A stretch of 64,000 nt of DNA, from NCBI RefSeq assembly GCF_009914755.1, contig NC_060927.1. One strand, written 5' to 3'. Source of the DNA: the human T2T-CHM13v2.0 reference genome, Homo sapiens. The translations under genes and the position numbers were made by a program. Each line of letters opens with the position of its first letter. Position 1 is the first letter of the stretch. Under the pieces are notes generated by a model that did not search any database, was not told the origin of the DNA, and was given only the letters and a program-made list of their open reading frames with translations. Positions 14,251 to 32,989 of this stretch are shown here, piece by piece.

Positions 14251-14740
14251 ACTATAATAAATATGTTAGCTCCATGTTTTCTTAAGTTTTCTACCAGATT
14301 TTTGTCTTTGTATAGTGAACAAACTGTTAAGAACTTTTTTATGAGAAATATTTTAGTATGACTATATTGCATAGAGTTAGGCTGATGGTTCAGTGTTCAG
14401 TAGATTAGATACCCTCATTGTTTATTTCCATATTGACTGGTTCTAGCTAGAGCTGAAATTAGGCAAAGAATATCTTGAACTCATTTTGCTATACAGGAAA
14501 AAAAACAGTGCTTCCTTAGCTCATTTGGAAAGAGATTGGGATTAGAAAAGATGGTGAATTTGTATGTATTTATAGAAATAAATAGAATACAAAATGAGGC
14601 TTTTAAATTTTTTCCCACATGAAAATATGATACTTTAATTATTACCTTTTACATTATTAGTTTGCAGACAGGCATAATTAGGTCCTCAGTTGCAGAAATC
14701 ACAGACATCTGAAGGCCAGCACTTTAATTTGGCCACCGTC

Positions 14741-15121
14741 TTAAGATTTCTCTGCTCTTCCTTTGCTCCTCCTCATAATGCACAGTTTGAACTGATGCTG
14801 TTCTATATAAGGTACTTTTCCACCTACCTCATCTCTGACTACAGTGCTATATTTTTCACACAGTAAGGACAGGTGTTGTGTTAATCTCACCATGCCAACA
14901 ATCAGGGCACCACCTAGCAGAGTCAGTGAAGGCCAAAATAAACAGTGGAAGATAGCCATTTGGTCATACTTTTTTATAAGAATGACATCTTCAGATTGGC
15001 TGGCTGGACTGTAGAAGCATGAAAAGGGGGTTCCATTTTTGTGATCGAAGAATTCTTTTATGTCCAGAGCACTGTTGAGCAAATCATTTCTATCTTGGTG
15101 GCACTTAGGTGTGTAAAAGCA
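14741..15121 (-). CDS. KCNMB3: KCNMB3 main last coding exon, 381 bp (CFYTPKCHQDRNDLLNSALDIKEFF...TM2...RRSKGRAEKS*)
   Basis: ttccTAG acceptor at 15122-15123 (-); ORF 14741..15082; hydrophobic TM2 (LFWPSLTLLGGALIVGMV). Confidence 0.97.
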   Translation of the reverse strand, partial: CFYTPKCHQDRNDLLNSALDIKEFFDHKNGTPFSCFYSPASQSEDVILIKKYDQMAIFHCLFWPSLTLLGGALIVGMVRLTQHLSLLCEKYSTVVRDEVGGKVPYIEQHQFKLCIMRRSKGRAEKS

Positions 15122-16331
15122 CTAGGAATATGGAAGAGGGAAAAAGATAAAGGCACTGTCACCAATACCAAATACTTAACAGTTTTTAATTATGAAATAG
15201 CTTCAGGCTGAAGTTATTAGTGGGCAGTTTCAATCTTAGAAGGTGGTAAAATATTACATAGCTCATGGGAAAGGGTTGATTGGAGGGCCACAGTGAAATG
15301 GCCATTTCCAGTCATTAAGCAAGGATGTGGAAGAGAATTCTTAGTTATATGACATTGCAGGAGAGTCAGTGACCAACTTCATAAGGAATATGACTCCTCC
15401 CTACATGCAGGTTCTTGGACTCTTGGACAGTATGAATCCGTTTGTCCATTGAACAAAAATGTATTGGGCCTCACTATGAGCTTTCAACGCTTAGTAATGC
15501 CTCTGTTGTCTCTGTCTTGATCTCCTGTAGCAAAATATCACCCTGAAGAAAAGCACGTTGAGGCTTTTGCTCTAGACTCACAGAGAGGGAGCCCCACCTG
15601 GACTTTGGTTCCTGGGAGACAGAACCAGTGGAGAAGGGAGCTCTGTCAGCTGGTGACTTTTTTCAAAAAAGCTTGAGGTTTATTACCATATCCATTAGGT
15701 ACTTGAGGTACTGTGCTAAAGGCCAAAAACTGTTTGAAATCTTAAAAATCATTGCATCCCAAACAGAAAACAAAAGTCATCGGATTGAAATTGATGCTTA
15801 AAGACAATAAAATGTAACATGTCAACTAATCTAACACAACTCAACTTTTATAGTTAGGTATAAATATAAATTTTAAATCATATGAAAGACTATTTCAGGG
15901 ATCATTTCTATAATTCGTTAAATCATATGAACCCATTGTGTAACTTACTAAAATAAAAATAATCTTTACATTTATTTGATAAGAAAAATTACTTGATTCA
16001 AGGGAGACTGTGAGTACACTGTAGCATATGTCATATGGCGCGGAGTGGAATCTCCAAAAGAAAGACTCCCCACAAATGACTACTCATTGGCTCAGCCTAT
16101 AAATTCCAGACACCAAGTTGTGAAATTGGAATAATTTCTCTCCTTTCTATATACCCCATTTCTCCACCAAGAAGAAAGCTTCATTTATCCTGATTTGATC
16201 ACTATAAAAATGTTCACTCCAAAAAAATAGATTTATCCCTAAAGACAGCCCTGGGTTATTTATGTACCCTGCTAGGGACAGTCTGGCAGGGAAGGGTTGC
16301 TGTCATAAGAACTCTTTAAACTTTACAATAC

Positions 16332-16530
16332 CTTGGGATTTATCTGGACAGCCTCTTCATTATAATGTAGGAGAGCTTTCTGACCTGGATGGCTGAGGTT
16401 CACAAACACCTGAAGACACGGGTACTTCCCCTGACCGTGGCAGTGCACACCACAGGTGAAGGCACAGTCCAGCCAGTCGTCCATGATATCTGTGTGGATG
16501 GCAGTGCAGGTCGATTCTTCTCTCTGAATG
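16332..16530 (-). CDS. KCNMB3: KCNMB3 extracellular-loop exon, 199 bp (IQREESTCTAIHTDIMDDWLDCAFTCGVHCHGQGKYPCLQVFVNLSH...QINPK)
   Basis: AG acceptor 16531-16532, GT donor 16330-16331; KYPCLQVFVN motif typical of BK beta subunits. Confidence 0.97.
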
Positions 16531-16788
16531 CTTCAATTTGAAAAAAAAAAAATGTTCTTCACTTATTAGAAAATTTCATTCTACATTTTGGTGTGGTTAT
16601 GAGCTTATGTACACAATGCCCAAGGCATTTGTGTACAAGGCATTTGTGTATTTTGAGGTGGTGCAGGATCCTTACAGCAGGCACATAATAAACAGGGAGC
16701 ATGGAAGACACAGAGTTGGGGTAAAGAGCCACAAAGTGCCAAGTTCCACCTCACTTCTGATGACCCTACTGGCATATTTCTCACTACA

Positions 16789-16952
16789 CCAGTGGTTTTC
16801 AAACTTCAGAATCATCTGTGAGTTTGTTAGAATGAAGAATTTGTTAAACTGTGGATTCCAGGGCTTCATTCCAGAAATTCTGATTTGGTAGGTCTGACTT
16901 GAGGCCCAGGAATCTTTAATAGTATTTAAGATGCAGGTATTTGGAGAACCAC
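16789..16952. mobile_element. MER5A-like hAT MITE
   Basis: CAGTGGTTTTCAAAC...AGAATCATCTG...ATTCTGATT...GGCCCAGGAATC. Confidence 0.6.
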
Positions 16953-17344
16953 AGTGTAAACAGTGTTAGCATTACCATAATGCTGTAACCACCAAGATTC
17001 ACCCTCACTCAGGAATCTCATCACCTCTCATGCTCATCATCTCAAGATGCACTGGCTTGTCCTGATGAAAATGTGCCTTTGGAAGGAGTCTAACTACAGG
17101 GCCGTTGGTCAACATAGCCTACACAATTTCTGGCAACAAGGTACAATTCCACATACCCACTACTTCCAAAGAGGCAAGTGCAAATCATACATGGAATCTC
17201 TCAGTAGAATACTTACCATATTTTTGCTATCAATTAAGTTCCTAGAGGTCAAGAGCTATATCCAATTCATCCGTATGTTCCTCAAAGCATGAAACAGAAT
17301 GCTTCTCACTGAGTAGATGTTTAATAAGTGCTGTACTGAATTAA

Positions 17345-17633
17345 TTTTTTTGGGGGGGGGGATGGAGTTTCGCTCTTGTTGCCCAGGCTGGAGTGGTGCA
17401 ATCTCGGCTCACTGCAACCTCCGCCTTCTGGTTTCAAGCGATTCGCCTGCCTCAGCCTCCTGAGTAGCTGGGATTACAGGTGCGCACCATCACGCCCAGC
17501 TAATTTTTTGTATTTTTAGTAGAGATGGGGTTTCACCGCATTGGCCTGGCTGGCCTTGAACTCCTGACCTCGTCATCCTCCCACCTTGGCCTCCCAAAGT
17601 GCTGGGATTACAGGCGTGAGCCACGGCTCCTGG
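17345..17633 (-). mobile_element. Alu (AluS-like)
   Basis: Alu reverse complement. Confidence 0.9.
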
Positions 17634-17914
17634 TCTGAATTAAATTTTACTTGGAAAATTTCTTGAGAATTTTCACATGTAATACATATGCAAAACATCC
17701 CAGAAGGGACAGACAAAATTCCTGCCATGAAGACCTTGTGGTGATGTTGAAGAGAAAGGACATGTGTATATGTATGAAATAATTTGAAAACAAGTCCAAG
17801 ACAAAGTAAACGAGGGGAAGAGGAAACGCTTTGATTGAATATATGAGACCAGCTCTTCATATACCCTCACACTCACATATAGGTGGACTCCTGTGTTTAC
17901 TTACCGGTTCCTTA

Positions 17915-18307
<393 letters not shown>

Positions 18308-20282
18308 TCACTAATCTCTTTGACCAAAATAATCATTTTCCCTTATTAATATAACAAACTTGAGACACACTGTGCAGTTTAACATGGCCTCAAGGTCTGG
18401 GGTATAAAAATCACTAGATATGGCCAAAGAAAAAATACTGGGCAAGTGAAAATACAAAAGCGGAAAATAAGATTATTTCATAGACTTAGCACTGGCCTGC
18501 TTTTTCACTAAATTAATTTATATGTTTATTTTAACTAGGCATCTTGAAATAATAATTTAGAGTTACTTTTTTATCTGTTAGAACTTAAGCTCTCTAAATC
18601 TTGACCGAGTACTGAACTGAGTATGATTTGAATTTTCCTTAAAGATTTTAGAAAGCTTCAAAATAGAGTGGGACATTCTGTCCCATGCACAAGGCCCCGG
18701 TCAGAGCCTTTCAGGTGGAACCAGGGATGTATTTAGGGCTAAAAAATAAGCATGTTCCTTCAATAGCATCGGGTGTGTATTTGGCTACAGCTGTGACAAA
18801 ATCCATCATCTGATTGAGGGATGAGAGGTTGAGGGAGTGGGGATAGGTATGAACTACGCAGGGCTTCTTAACTACCACCCTTTATGGAGCAAAACTACTC
18901 GCTGAGATGGCACAAGATGTAAGGCAAGAGAGAGATGAGAACTCACCACTCTTAGGCATTCACTTAATTAATTTAACCAAATAATTTCCAGGAATGCTTA
19001 GAAAAGTAAAACTTAATTATGAGCAACAGTTTGGTACCAGCTTGCAGAAGGTACCCTCAAGCCATCTCCCAAATATGTCACATTTTTAAAAATGATCTGC
19101 CTGTGCACACACACGGACATTTACTCAACATTCCCATACATTCAAACATTCAATCAAATTACATAGACATGTAATGCATATATATATATATATGATGAGA
19201 GGAAAAGGAGTAAATGAAAAAGAGGAAAAAAAGACAGAATGAAGTCAGAAGTGAGGTATAGCCAAGACAAGAGAATCGCTTGAGCCTAGGAGTTTGAGAC
19301 TAGCCTGGACAACATAGTGAGATCCCACTTCTTAAAAAAAAAAGTTTAAAAAAAAGTGAGGTACAAACATGTAATCTGCAGACCATAAGATCCCTTGTAG
19401 TTATGAGAACCGAGCTACAAAGTTGCCTCTGGGTTTCCTAGCAGCCAAAGCAATGAAGGAAACACAACCAGATACAAGACTCCTGGCGTCCATTAAATGA
19501 AAGTAAGCTGGTTGATCAGGAGCAGCACAGCTTCTCCTGGTGCTAATACCAGAGAGAAGCTTCTTCTGGAATTCTTCCAACAGTGGCACTGTGTGCTATA
19601 GTAAATGGTGACTTCTACATCTTTCCCCTAACAATGGTAACCTAGGAATGGCAGGAGATGAATCATAAATAACAGAAGTAGGCCACTCTCTTCCTTTTTT
19701 ATGACCCCTTTCCCTCACTGAACTCCTAGGCCTTCCTCTTCCACTCCCCCTGGGCCTCCTGTTGCTCTTTGGCTGTCCAAAAAAAAAAGGGCTGTCCAAA
19801 AATAAAGCAATGTCCAAAAAGCACCCCTTGCCTTCCTTTTACCCTGAACTGACCTGGCCCCAGAGTACCACATGTTGTGTGGGCCATCCTACAAAATTAA
19901 ATAGCCCCTCCCCTTCCCTAATCAGAACCCCCATTCCCCTCATTTCAGCAAACATCATTTAGGTATTAAGAAGCAAGTCTTACGTCAGAATGACAGGCAT
20001 ATTATTTACCGGCTATGTGAACTTGGGCAAGTTACTTGGCCTTTCTGAGCCTCAGCTTTCTCATTTATAAAATGAAAACTAAAATAACACTTCCATCATG
20101 GGCTGCTGTAGGTTTAAGTAGGATAAAATATAGTATGTATTGAGCATACAGCATATACTTAATAAGTAGCAACTAAAGTTGACCCTTGAACAATTCAGGG
20201 GTTAGGGATGCCAACACCACACCCCCAAACCTGCAGTCGAAAATTTGCATATAACTTTTGACTCCTCAAAAATTTAACTACT

Positions 20283-21149
<867 letters not shown>

Positions 21150-21215
21150 CAACCCCTTCTCTTAAAAAAATAAATAAATAAGCTAGAGAAAAGAAAATGT
21201 TATTAAGAAAATCAT

Positions 21216-21890
<675 letters not shown>

Positions 21891-22579
21891 AAAATCATAA
21901 GGAAGAGAAAACATGTTTACTATTTACTAAATGGAAGTGGATCATCATAAAGGTCCTCTCCCTGTCCTCTTCATGTTGAGTAGGCTGAGGAGGAGGAGAA
22001 AGAGGAGGGATTGATCTTACTGTCTCAGGGGTGGCAGGCACAGAAGAAAATCCATTTATAAGTGGATTCCCGAAGTTCAAACCCATGTTGTTCAAAGGTC
22101 AACTGTATCACTACATATATTGAATAAAGAACCTAATTAAAAGGAAGGAAACTAATATGTATTGAGCAACTACTATGTGCCAGGTAGACACTGTCAAACT
22201 CAAAAAATTCAGACTCAAAAAACTTTTATTGTGCTCACATACAAGGTTTAACTCTCTCTTGGAATACCAACATTTTAAGGGGAGGATTTATGACCTAAAT
22301 GAAGAAACTATAATTTGTGGATTACGTGTTTGGAGGTATATATAGATTATGAGATGGGAGGAGGCAGTGCAGGGAAATATCTTTGACCTTCTCGCCACCT
22401 CTTCCTCCACACCCAGCTGCCCCCAGCACTGACAGCGGAAGAGGAATTGTATTTTTCTTTTTCTAGACCATGGCAGAGAGTCACAGATTGAGAAACCAAA
22501 GCCAGCCTCTCCTCCTTTACCGCTGTGCCTGGATCTTATCTGAATTGGAAACTCTAGATTTCCTTCCTCTGTTTCTTAC

Positions 22580-22771
22580 CTGAGCATAAAAGGCTTTAGA
22601 ATGGTTGTTCCGAGCAAGAAGAACATTAGGACTGAGAAGCCCATCATGGCAAACCCCAGCATCACGGCTCGGTCCTCTCCAGCACTGGATGGCAGCCTCT
22701 TGTGCACACCTAGTGGGTCTCCATCACTGTAGTCTGTCTCTCTCTTCTTCCCTGAGGCAGGAAAGGCTGTC
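22580..22771 (-). CDS. KCNMB3: KCNMB3 shared exon 2, 192 bp (TAFPASGKKRETDYSDGDPLGVHKRL...TM1...KPFMLS)
   Basis: AG acceptor 22772-22773, GTaag donor 22578-22579; ORF 22576..22833; TM1 hydrophobic stretch. Confidence 0.97.
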
Positions 22772-22827
22772 CTTTGGGGAAAGGGAGAAGGAGATACTGC
22801 AGTGAGCTCATAAAGAAGGGGGAACAT
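22772..22827 (-). CDS. KCNMB3: KCNMB3 beta3c N-terminus (MFPLLYELTAVSPSPFPQR), contiguous with exon 2
   Basis: In-frame ATG at 22825-22827; total CDS 828 nt = 275 aa. Confidence 0.85.
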
Positions 22828-22872
22828 TTCCAATCCATGGGGACTGGAGGGATAATCTCATTTGCTGCCTAC

Positions 22873-22940
22873 CTGTGTCTCGTGAGCAGGATGAATGCAA
22901 CAAAATGAAATCCCAGTTCAGAGCTTGGTGAAAAGTCCAT
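22873..22940 (-). CDS. KCNMB3: KCNMB3 beta3d first coding exon (MDFSPSSELGFHFVAFILLTRHR)
   Basis: ATG 22938-22940; AG|GTaggc donor 22871-22872; phase 2; total 840 nt = 279 aa. Confidence 0.88.
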
Positions 22941-23550
22941 CTAAATAAGCTAAAGTGATGTGTAATCAAGTATTTTTAAAGATATTGTAGCAAACAAGCC
23001 TAAGAAATGTTGCCTCATGCAAGTCTGTAGAGATCTGTTTAATCAATAACTAGAGAATGTTGTATGTAAATAAGTGTTACGAACTTTGTTATCTTTCAGG
23101 GATATTGCACGTCCCTCCTGAAAATTTGTTTACATTCTCCTTTGAATTCCACATGAAAAGAATGACTCAAAAAGTTCACATTTGGAATTAACAGCGTCCT
23201 GAACAGGGTTTGACTTATTCTTTCATATTCACCTGTTGGAAAGGCAGCATATCCACCACCAGAATTTCTGGCCACTGCCCAGTCCACTCAGAATTATGAA
23301 GTTGTCATGGCTTCTTTGCTCCTCTCACCCTCCTTCTCCTCCTCTCTGGCCACTCATGGTTCTGCATAAGTGTCCCTTCATTTCTTCTCTCCTCTCTCCA
23401 CTGTGCCTGCAAACCTGCTCCAGCAAAGGATGAGATACATTCTCGCAGGGCAGGGTGTCTGGTGAACAGAAGAGTCCAACACAAAGGTCGCAAACCGGTG
23501 GGCATGGCGGCATCCAGCCCACAGATGTGTTTTGTTTGGCCTTCTCTGTC

Positions 23551-23856
23551 GTTTTTTGTTTTTGTGTTTTTTGGTTTTTTTTGAGACGGAGCCTCGCACT
23601 GTTGCCCAGGCTGGGTACGATCTCAGTTCACTGCAACCTCCTCCGCCTCCCAGGTTCAAGCGATTCTCCTGCCTCAGCCTCCCTAGTAGCTGGGATTACA
23701 GGCGCCGGCCACCATGCCCAGCTAATTTTTGTATTTTAAGTAGAGACAGTGTTTCACCATGTTGGCCATAATGGTCTCGAACGCCTGACCTCATGATCCA
23801 CCCACCTCAGCCTCCCAAAATGTTGGGATTACAGGCGTGAGCCACTGCACCCGGCC
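23551..23856 (-). mobile_element. Alu
   Basis: Alu reverse complement with degenerate T tail. Confidence 0.9.
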
Positions 23857-24553
23857 TGGTTTATTATTATTTTTTTAATGTGGGATAACTTGTTAAGACC
23901 TTAAAAATCATGACATTTCTCATAAAAATGCTGAGTTCTGACTTTGGAAATAATCCCAAGATGCACGTCCCTGCAGATGAACAGCGGGCCCAGCAGAGCA
24001 GTGGCTGCCCCTGTGGAAGGTGTGTTCTCTAGTTTGCCAAAATCCCTCCACTTCCTACGGTGTCACTGATTTGCCATTCCCTGCTCAGTAGCCATTTGAG
24101 TTCCAGAAGTATCTCCATTTTAAGAAGCTTAATGAAATCTTAAGCCAAACAAATGCAGCACTAATGGTAGAAACACAGGCTCCATCAAGCTTCCTAAAAG
24201 CTTACTGCATTTTAAAGTCAAGCAAAAACCCCATCAAGGAAATTACTGGTTGTTTTTTTCCCACAAGCATAGTTTATGCCTTATCCCACATCCTTCCCCT
24301 TCCCTCTCCCTAGCTCCCTTTTCCCCCAGCAACATCTTTAGGTTCTAAAGCGAGTAAAAGGAATGTCAGACAATCCAGAATGTTCCAAGAGCCTGTGCCA
24401 GGAAGCACCAACCTCAGAAGGTGGGGCACTCCATGGTTAACACTTCTTTGGGACCCGAGGATCTAGTTTAGGAATTTTTAGTTGTCTTTGATATTTTACT
24501 CATCCCCTATCATCCTACCACCAGAGAAGGGGCATGGAAAAAAAATTTAATGA

Positions 24554-24866
<313 letters not shown>

Positions 24867-25344
24867 ACATTTTCTAATTTATCAATAAATATGACAGATT
24901 GATTAAAAGAAAGTTTTAGCCCTAAAGTAGAGTTTGATGGTTTTTGTAGTTTCCAGGACCCAATATCCTGCATTTTCCCTTGTGCTCTAAAGCTGGACTT
25001 TAGTTGCTCTGTAGCGTAAGGTATCCCAGAGGTTTATTGTAAGATATCCTTGGAATCCATGGGTGAAGAGGCTTATAATGAGGTCGCTCTTCTAATGCAT
25101 CTCTAATACATTCTTTAACATACCCAATTATAATGGTATGTTATAAAAAACCGGCATAACCCGATTCTGATCTAATTTAGGAATAAGACAGACCTGTACT
25201 GTCCTAGACAAGACTTTTTATTTATAATTTTTCTGCCCACTTTGTTCCAAGGCTTTATGAAAAGTTGACAACTTCATAAGTCACTTGGAAAGAAGTTATT
25301 TCATGTGTGGGGAAGGGATAATATAAAATAATCATAAAAAACTA

Positions 25345-25666
<322 letters not shown>

Positions 25667-25719
25667 TTAAAAATTTTTTTAAAAAGCCCACATAGATATG
25701 TTTTTATTATTGTAAAAGT

Positions 25720-29045
<3,326 letters not shown>

Positions 29046-29552
29046 TACATATAGATGGTCCCCCAACTTAAGATGGTTCCACTTGCAATTTTTTTTACAA
29101 CTATAAAATGTTTTTATTTCAATTACATAATAACACTTATGTTTTCCTCAAATTTTAATGAGGATTTGGTCTTTTTGCATTCAATTCTATCTTGTAACAG
29201 TAATATGAATCTACATAATTTCATAAAATGTCAACATTCATAAGGTACATTCCTTTGTGATTTTATATTTTACAATTAAATCTAACTTTACAATTATTTT
29301 TAAATGTTTCTTTATATAGAAAACAGATATTTTCTTCAGGCAGATCAAAACAAGAATTTTCCAATAAGAATATACTGGGACATAACAAATGAAAACATTT
29401 ATAACAAAATACCAAAAGTGATTCAGCTCTTTAAAATATCCTACTCCAGTCTAATTTGTAGTTTGCACAAGAACAAGTAACCTTTTTTTACTGTTCTTTT
29501 GAATGATGATTAGAAATTCAAACAAAGAGAAGTAATTTTAAGGTTCAAAAAC

Positions 29553-30038
<486 letters not shown>

Positions 30039-30778
30039 TGACTGTCCCTGCTCAAATACTGCAGTAGGAAATGTAATTTGACATGTATCACTTCCAGAAA
30101 AAATCTTTAAACTTTGTATAAAATGAATTTGATACATCATCAGCATGAAGTTAAAATCTCCTACAAAGTAAATTCAAGTATCATCAACAATGAGATCCAA
30201 AAGCATTGGTTCAAAATCAAAGACTTATATGAGGTGAAGGCAAATAAAGCCCCTCATGCTTTCAGACCTTTACTTGTTATCCTTAAAATGATTATTGTTC
30301 TAAGGTGCAAATCTTTTCAGTGACCTATTTGCTATTTGGCGGTTTATCTCCTTTAAATAAAATACCATACAGGTTATAATGTATATTTTAAAATCAAATA
30401 TGAAAGTACACATATATGAACAAGACATTAATTTAAATATCAATTATATTCATAATACAGAAGTCTAAGAATGCTATTTGGTCATTTCAATTAGATGCTG
30501 ATATATTTGGTCAAGAATATTCACATTCCTATCAGCCTAAGGCAAATGGTAAATGCTTCTATTTTTATTAAGTGGACTATAAACAGTAGACATTATTGTT
30601 TGATACTACTGGATATATGCTCTCAATTAGAATGTACACTGATAACAAATATGTCTTTCTAATCTGGGTGATAACCTCAATGATTACATGGAAATCTACA
30701 AGTAACAGTCTATAACTTAAAGCAGTAGATCACCTGGTGATTGGCATACAGTGCATCTCTATGAATTTAGAACATTCT

Positions 30779-30786
30779 ACTTACAT
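30779..30786 (-). other. KCNMB3: KCNMB3 beta3b first-exon splice donor (CCAAT|GTAAGT); supplies the 'AT' of the start codon
   Basis: Perfect GTAAGT; AT+G(ACA GCC TTT) gives MTAF..., 2+192+199+381=774 nt = 257 aa, matching recalled beta3b; the exon 5' boundary cannot be determined. Confidence 0.75.
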
Positions 30787-32989
30787 TGGCAGTGGAGAGA
30801 AAAGAGCCCCTCACACTCAGACTTCCTGTGCACCACGCCTGCCGCCTGCCTCAGCTTAGGACATGGTACGGTCTTCTTTGCTTTTGCCCTTCTCGTTCCC
30901 TCCTCTGGTATCTTCTCTGCTTTCTGGATTGAAGTCCCCCGGCTCTCCTCCTGGTGCCAACAAGTCATGGTTTTTTAGGCTATTGCTGTCTAAAGCTTTC
31001 CTGATGGTCTGACTTGGATGTTCTGACATCCCACACCTCTCTGTACTTTCTGCTTCACAGGCATCACTAATGTCCTGTGAGGGACTTTCATTTTTGGGTA
31101 CGGTGCAGTGATCTGCATCTTCGCTCTCTGGTTCTTCAGGATTGCTTTAAGTGGCACCAGCTATTTTAGCATTATCTTTTGCAACACCTTCATCTAATTC
31201 TTCACCACCAGCCCTCGGGCCTGATGATTGAACTGTGACATCCTCAAAATCTAATGTGTCTCTACCAGCTAGTACCTCCTCAGCTGCTGTTTTTACATCA
31301 TTGCCTTCTTGGTCAAGTTTTCCATCCAACTTCATTTTAGGATTCTCTGGACAATCAACATTTTCACTGCTTTCTGCTGCAATTTTCTGTTTTGGATTTT
31401 CAGTCACCTCGTTTTGGGCTTCCACTGCTGACTTTCTGTCAGTAGACTTTACCTGCTCTTCTTCCTTAATTTCACTTAAATCTGTGTTCTGATAAGTTAA
31501 CTCTTTTTAAACATCTTTAAGGGTTTCTATGGGTACTGGGGATTTTTTCCTCTTCTTTTTCTTTTTCTTGTTCTTTCTCTTCTGCAATGAGTCCAATGCC
31601 TCTCCCTGTTGGTCATTCTTTTCTTCATCTGGCTCTTTCATATCTGAGGGTTCACTTTGAGTGTCTACTGTACTTGGACCTGTCGCCTCCTGACCCTTGC
31701 TCTCAGTTCCTGCTGGAGAACCAGGAACTTCTGTCTTGATTGGTTTCTCATCCCTTAATCCTTTTTCTTCACCCTCTTCTTCGTTGTGATCCCTACCTGC
31801 TTCTGTACTCTGCACTGGAACCTCCTTGGGCTCAGCTGCTTCCTGGTTGGTGAATTCTTTCTCTAAACTATGCCCTATGCTTGTCTCTAACTGTTGGGGG
31901 ACCTCTACCATACATCTGTCATCATGATAAACTGTGTCATCACTATGCCCTAAAGGACATGAGGCCACTGTGTCTGCCTGCTCTCCAACCTGAGTCACCG
32001 CTGCCTCTCCCACATTCTCTGTGTGGCTCCCACCATCTAAGTCACTCCAACAGTTGGATGGCTCAAGGGGAGTTCTGGTCCTGTCATCTGGTGCACCCAT
32101 GACCTCATTTGACTCAACCTGTGCTGTGTTTTCAGGGAGAGAAGCGCTCTCAAGAATTTGGCTTTGAACCTGTTCCTCATAGGTAGCACCTGCTAAGGTT
32201 CCTAGGAATGGGGCAGTGTCTTCAGAGGATTTCTGGTCCTCGGTATTCTCACCAGCAGTGAATACCTCTATGTCCACACAATCCTTCACTGTGTCCTCTG
32301 TGTGTTGTTCTTTCTCAGTATTGTGCAAGATTTCTCTTTTCCCCACATTCGCCACGATTTCATTCTTCACCTCCACCTCACTGGCTTTCCTAGGGTCCCA
32401 TCCCCTGTCGACTTGAGGGCATTTAACTCTTCTTTCGTCATCTTGGTAGGATCTTGGTATCAAACATTACTGAGAGTGTCGGAAGTCTCTCCATTGGTAA
32501 CTATTTCTGAATTTAGGATTATTCCATGTTTCTCGAGCATTTCCTCTGTTTGCTTCAGGGCCTCCTTGACTTCAGCAAACTGAAACTGCAGTATACTGTG
32601 GGCGTGTTTTTCCCTTTCAAATTATTTGTTTTTCTCTTCGTACTGCCGCCTATATTCAGCCAGCTGTTCTTCAATCTCCAGCAACATATCTTTCAGGGTG
32701 TCAACTTGGTAAATGAAGTTTGTGTTTTCATTGTCTAACTGAGCATTGGAAAACATAGCCTTCTTACATTTCTCTTCAACTTCTGCTAGAGAGTCCTTGA
32801 TTTCCCTGATGGACGCCTCGGTGTCGATGGATATAGAGGTGTCTCCGCTGCCTCTCTGAGAGGAAGTCCCACCCAGAAAGGCCAGCGTGGCTGCAGACGG
32901 GCCCAGCATGTTACGAGACCCCTTCTCAGTAAAATATTTTTCTGGTCTCTCTTCTACCTCCTTCTGCTGCCGCTCCAGCTCCTTCATGG

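Noticed and set aside
31507-32463. 318-aa ORF as a possible novel protein
   Set aside because: A frameshifted internal piece of the LRRFIP1 retrocopy with a non-ATG start and a premature stop.
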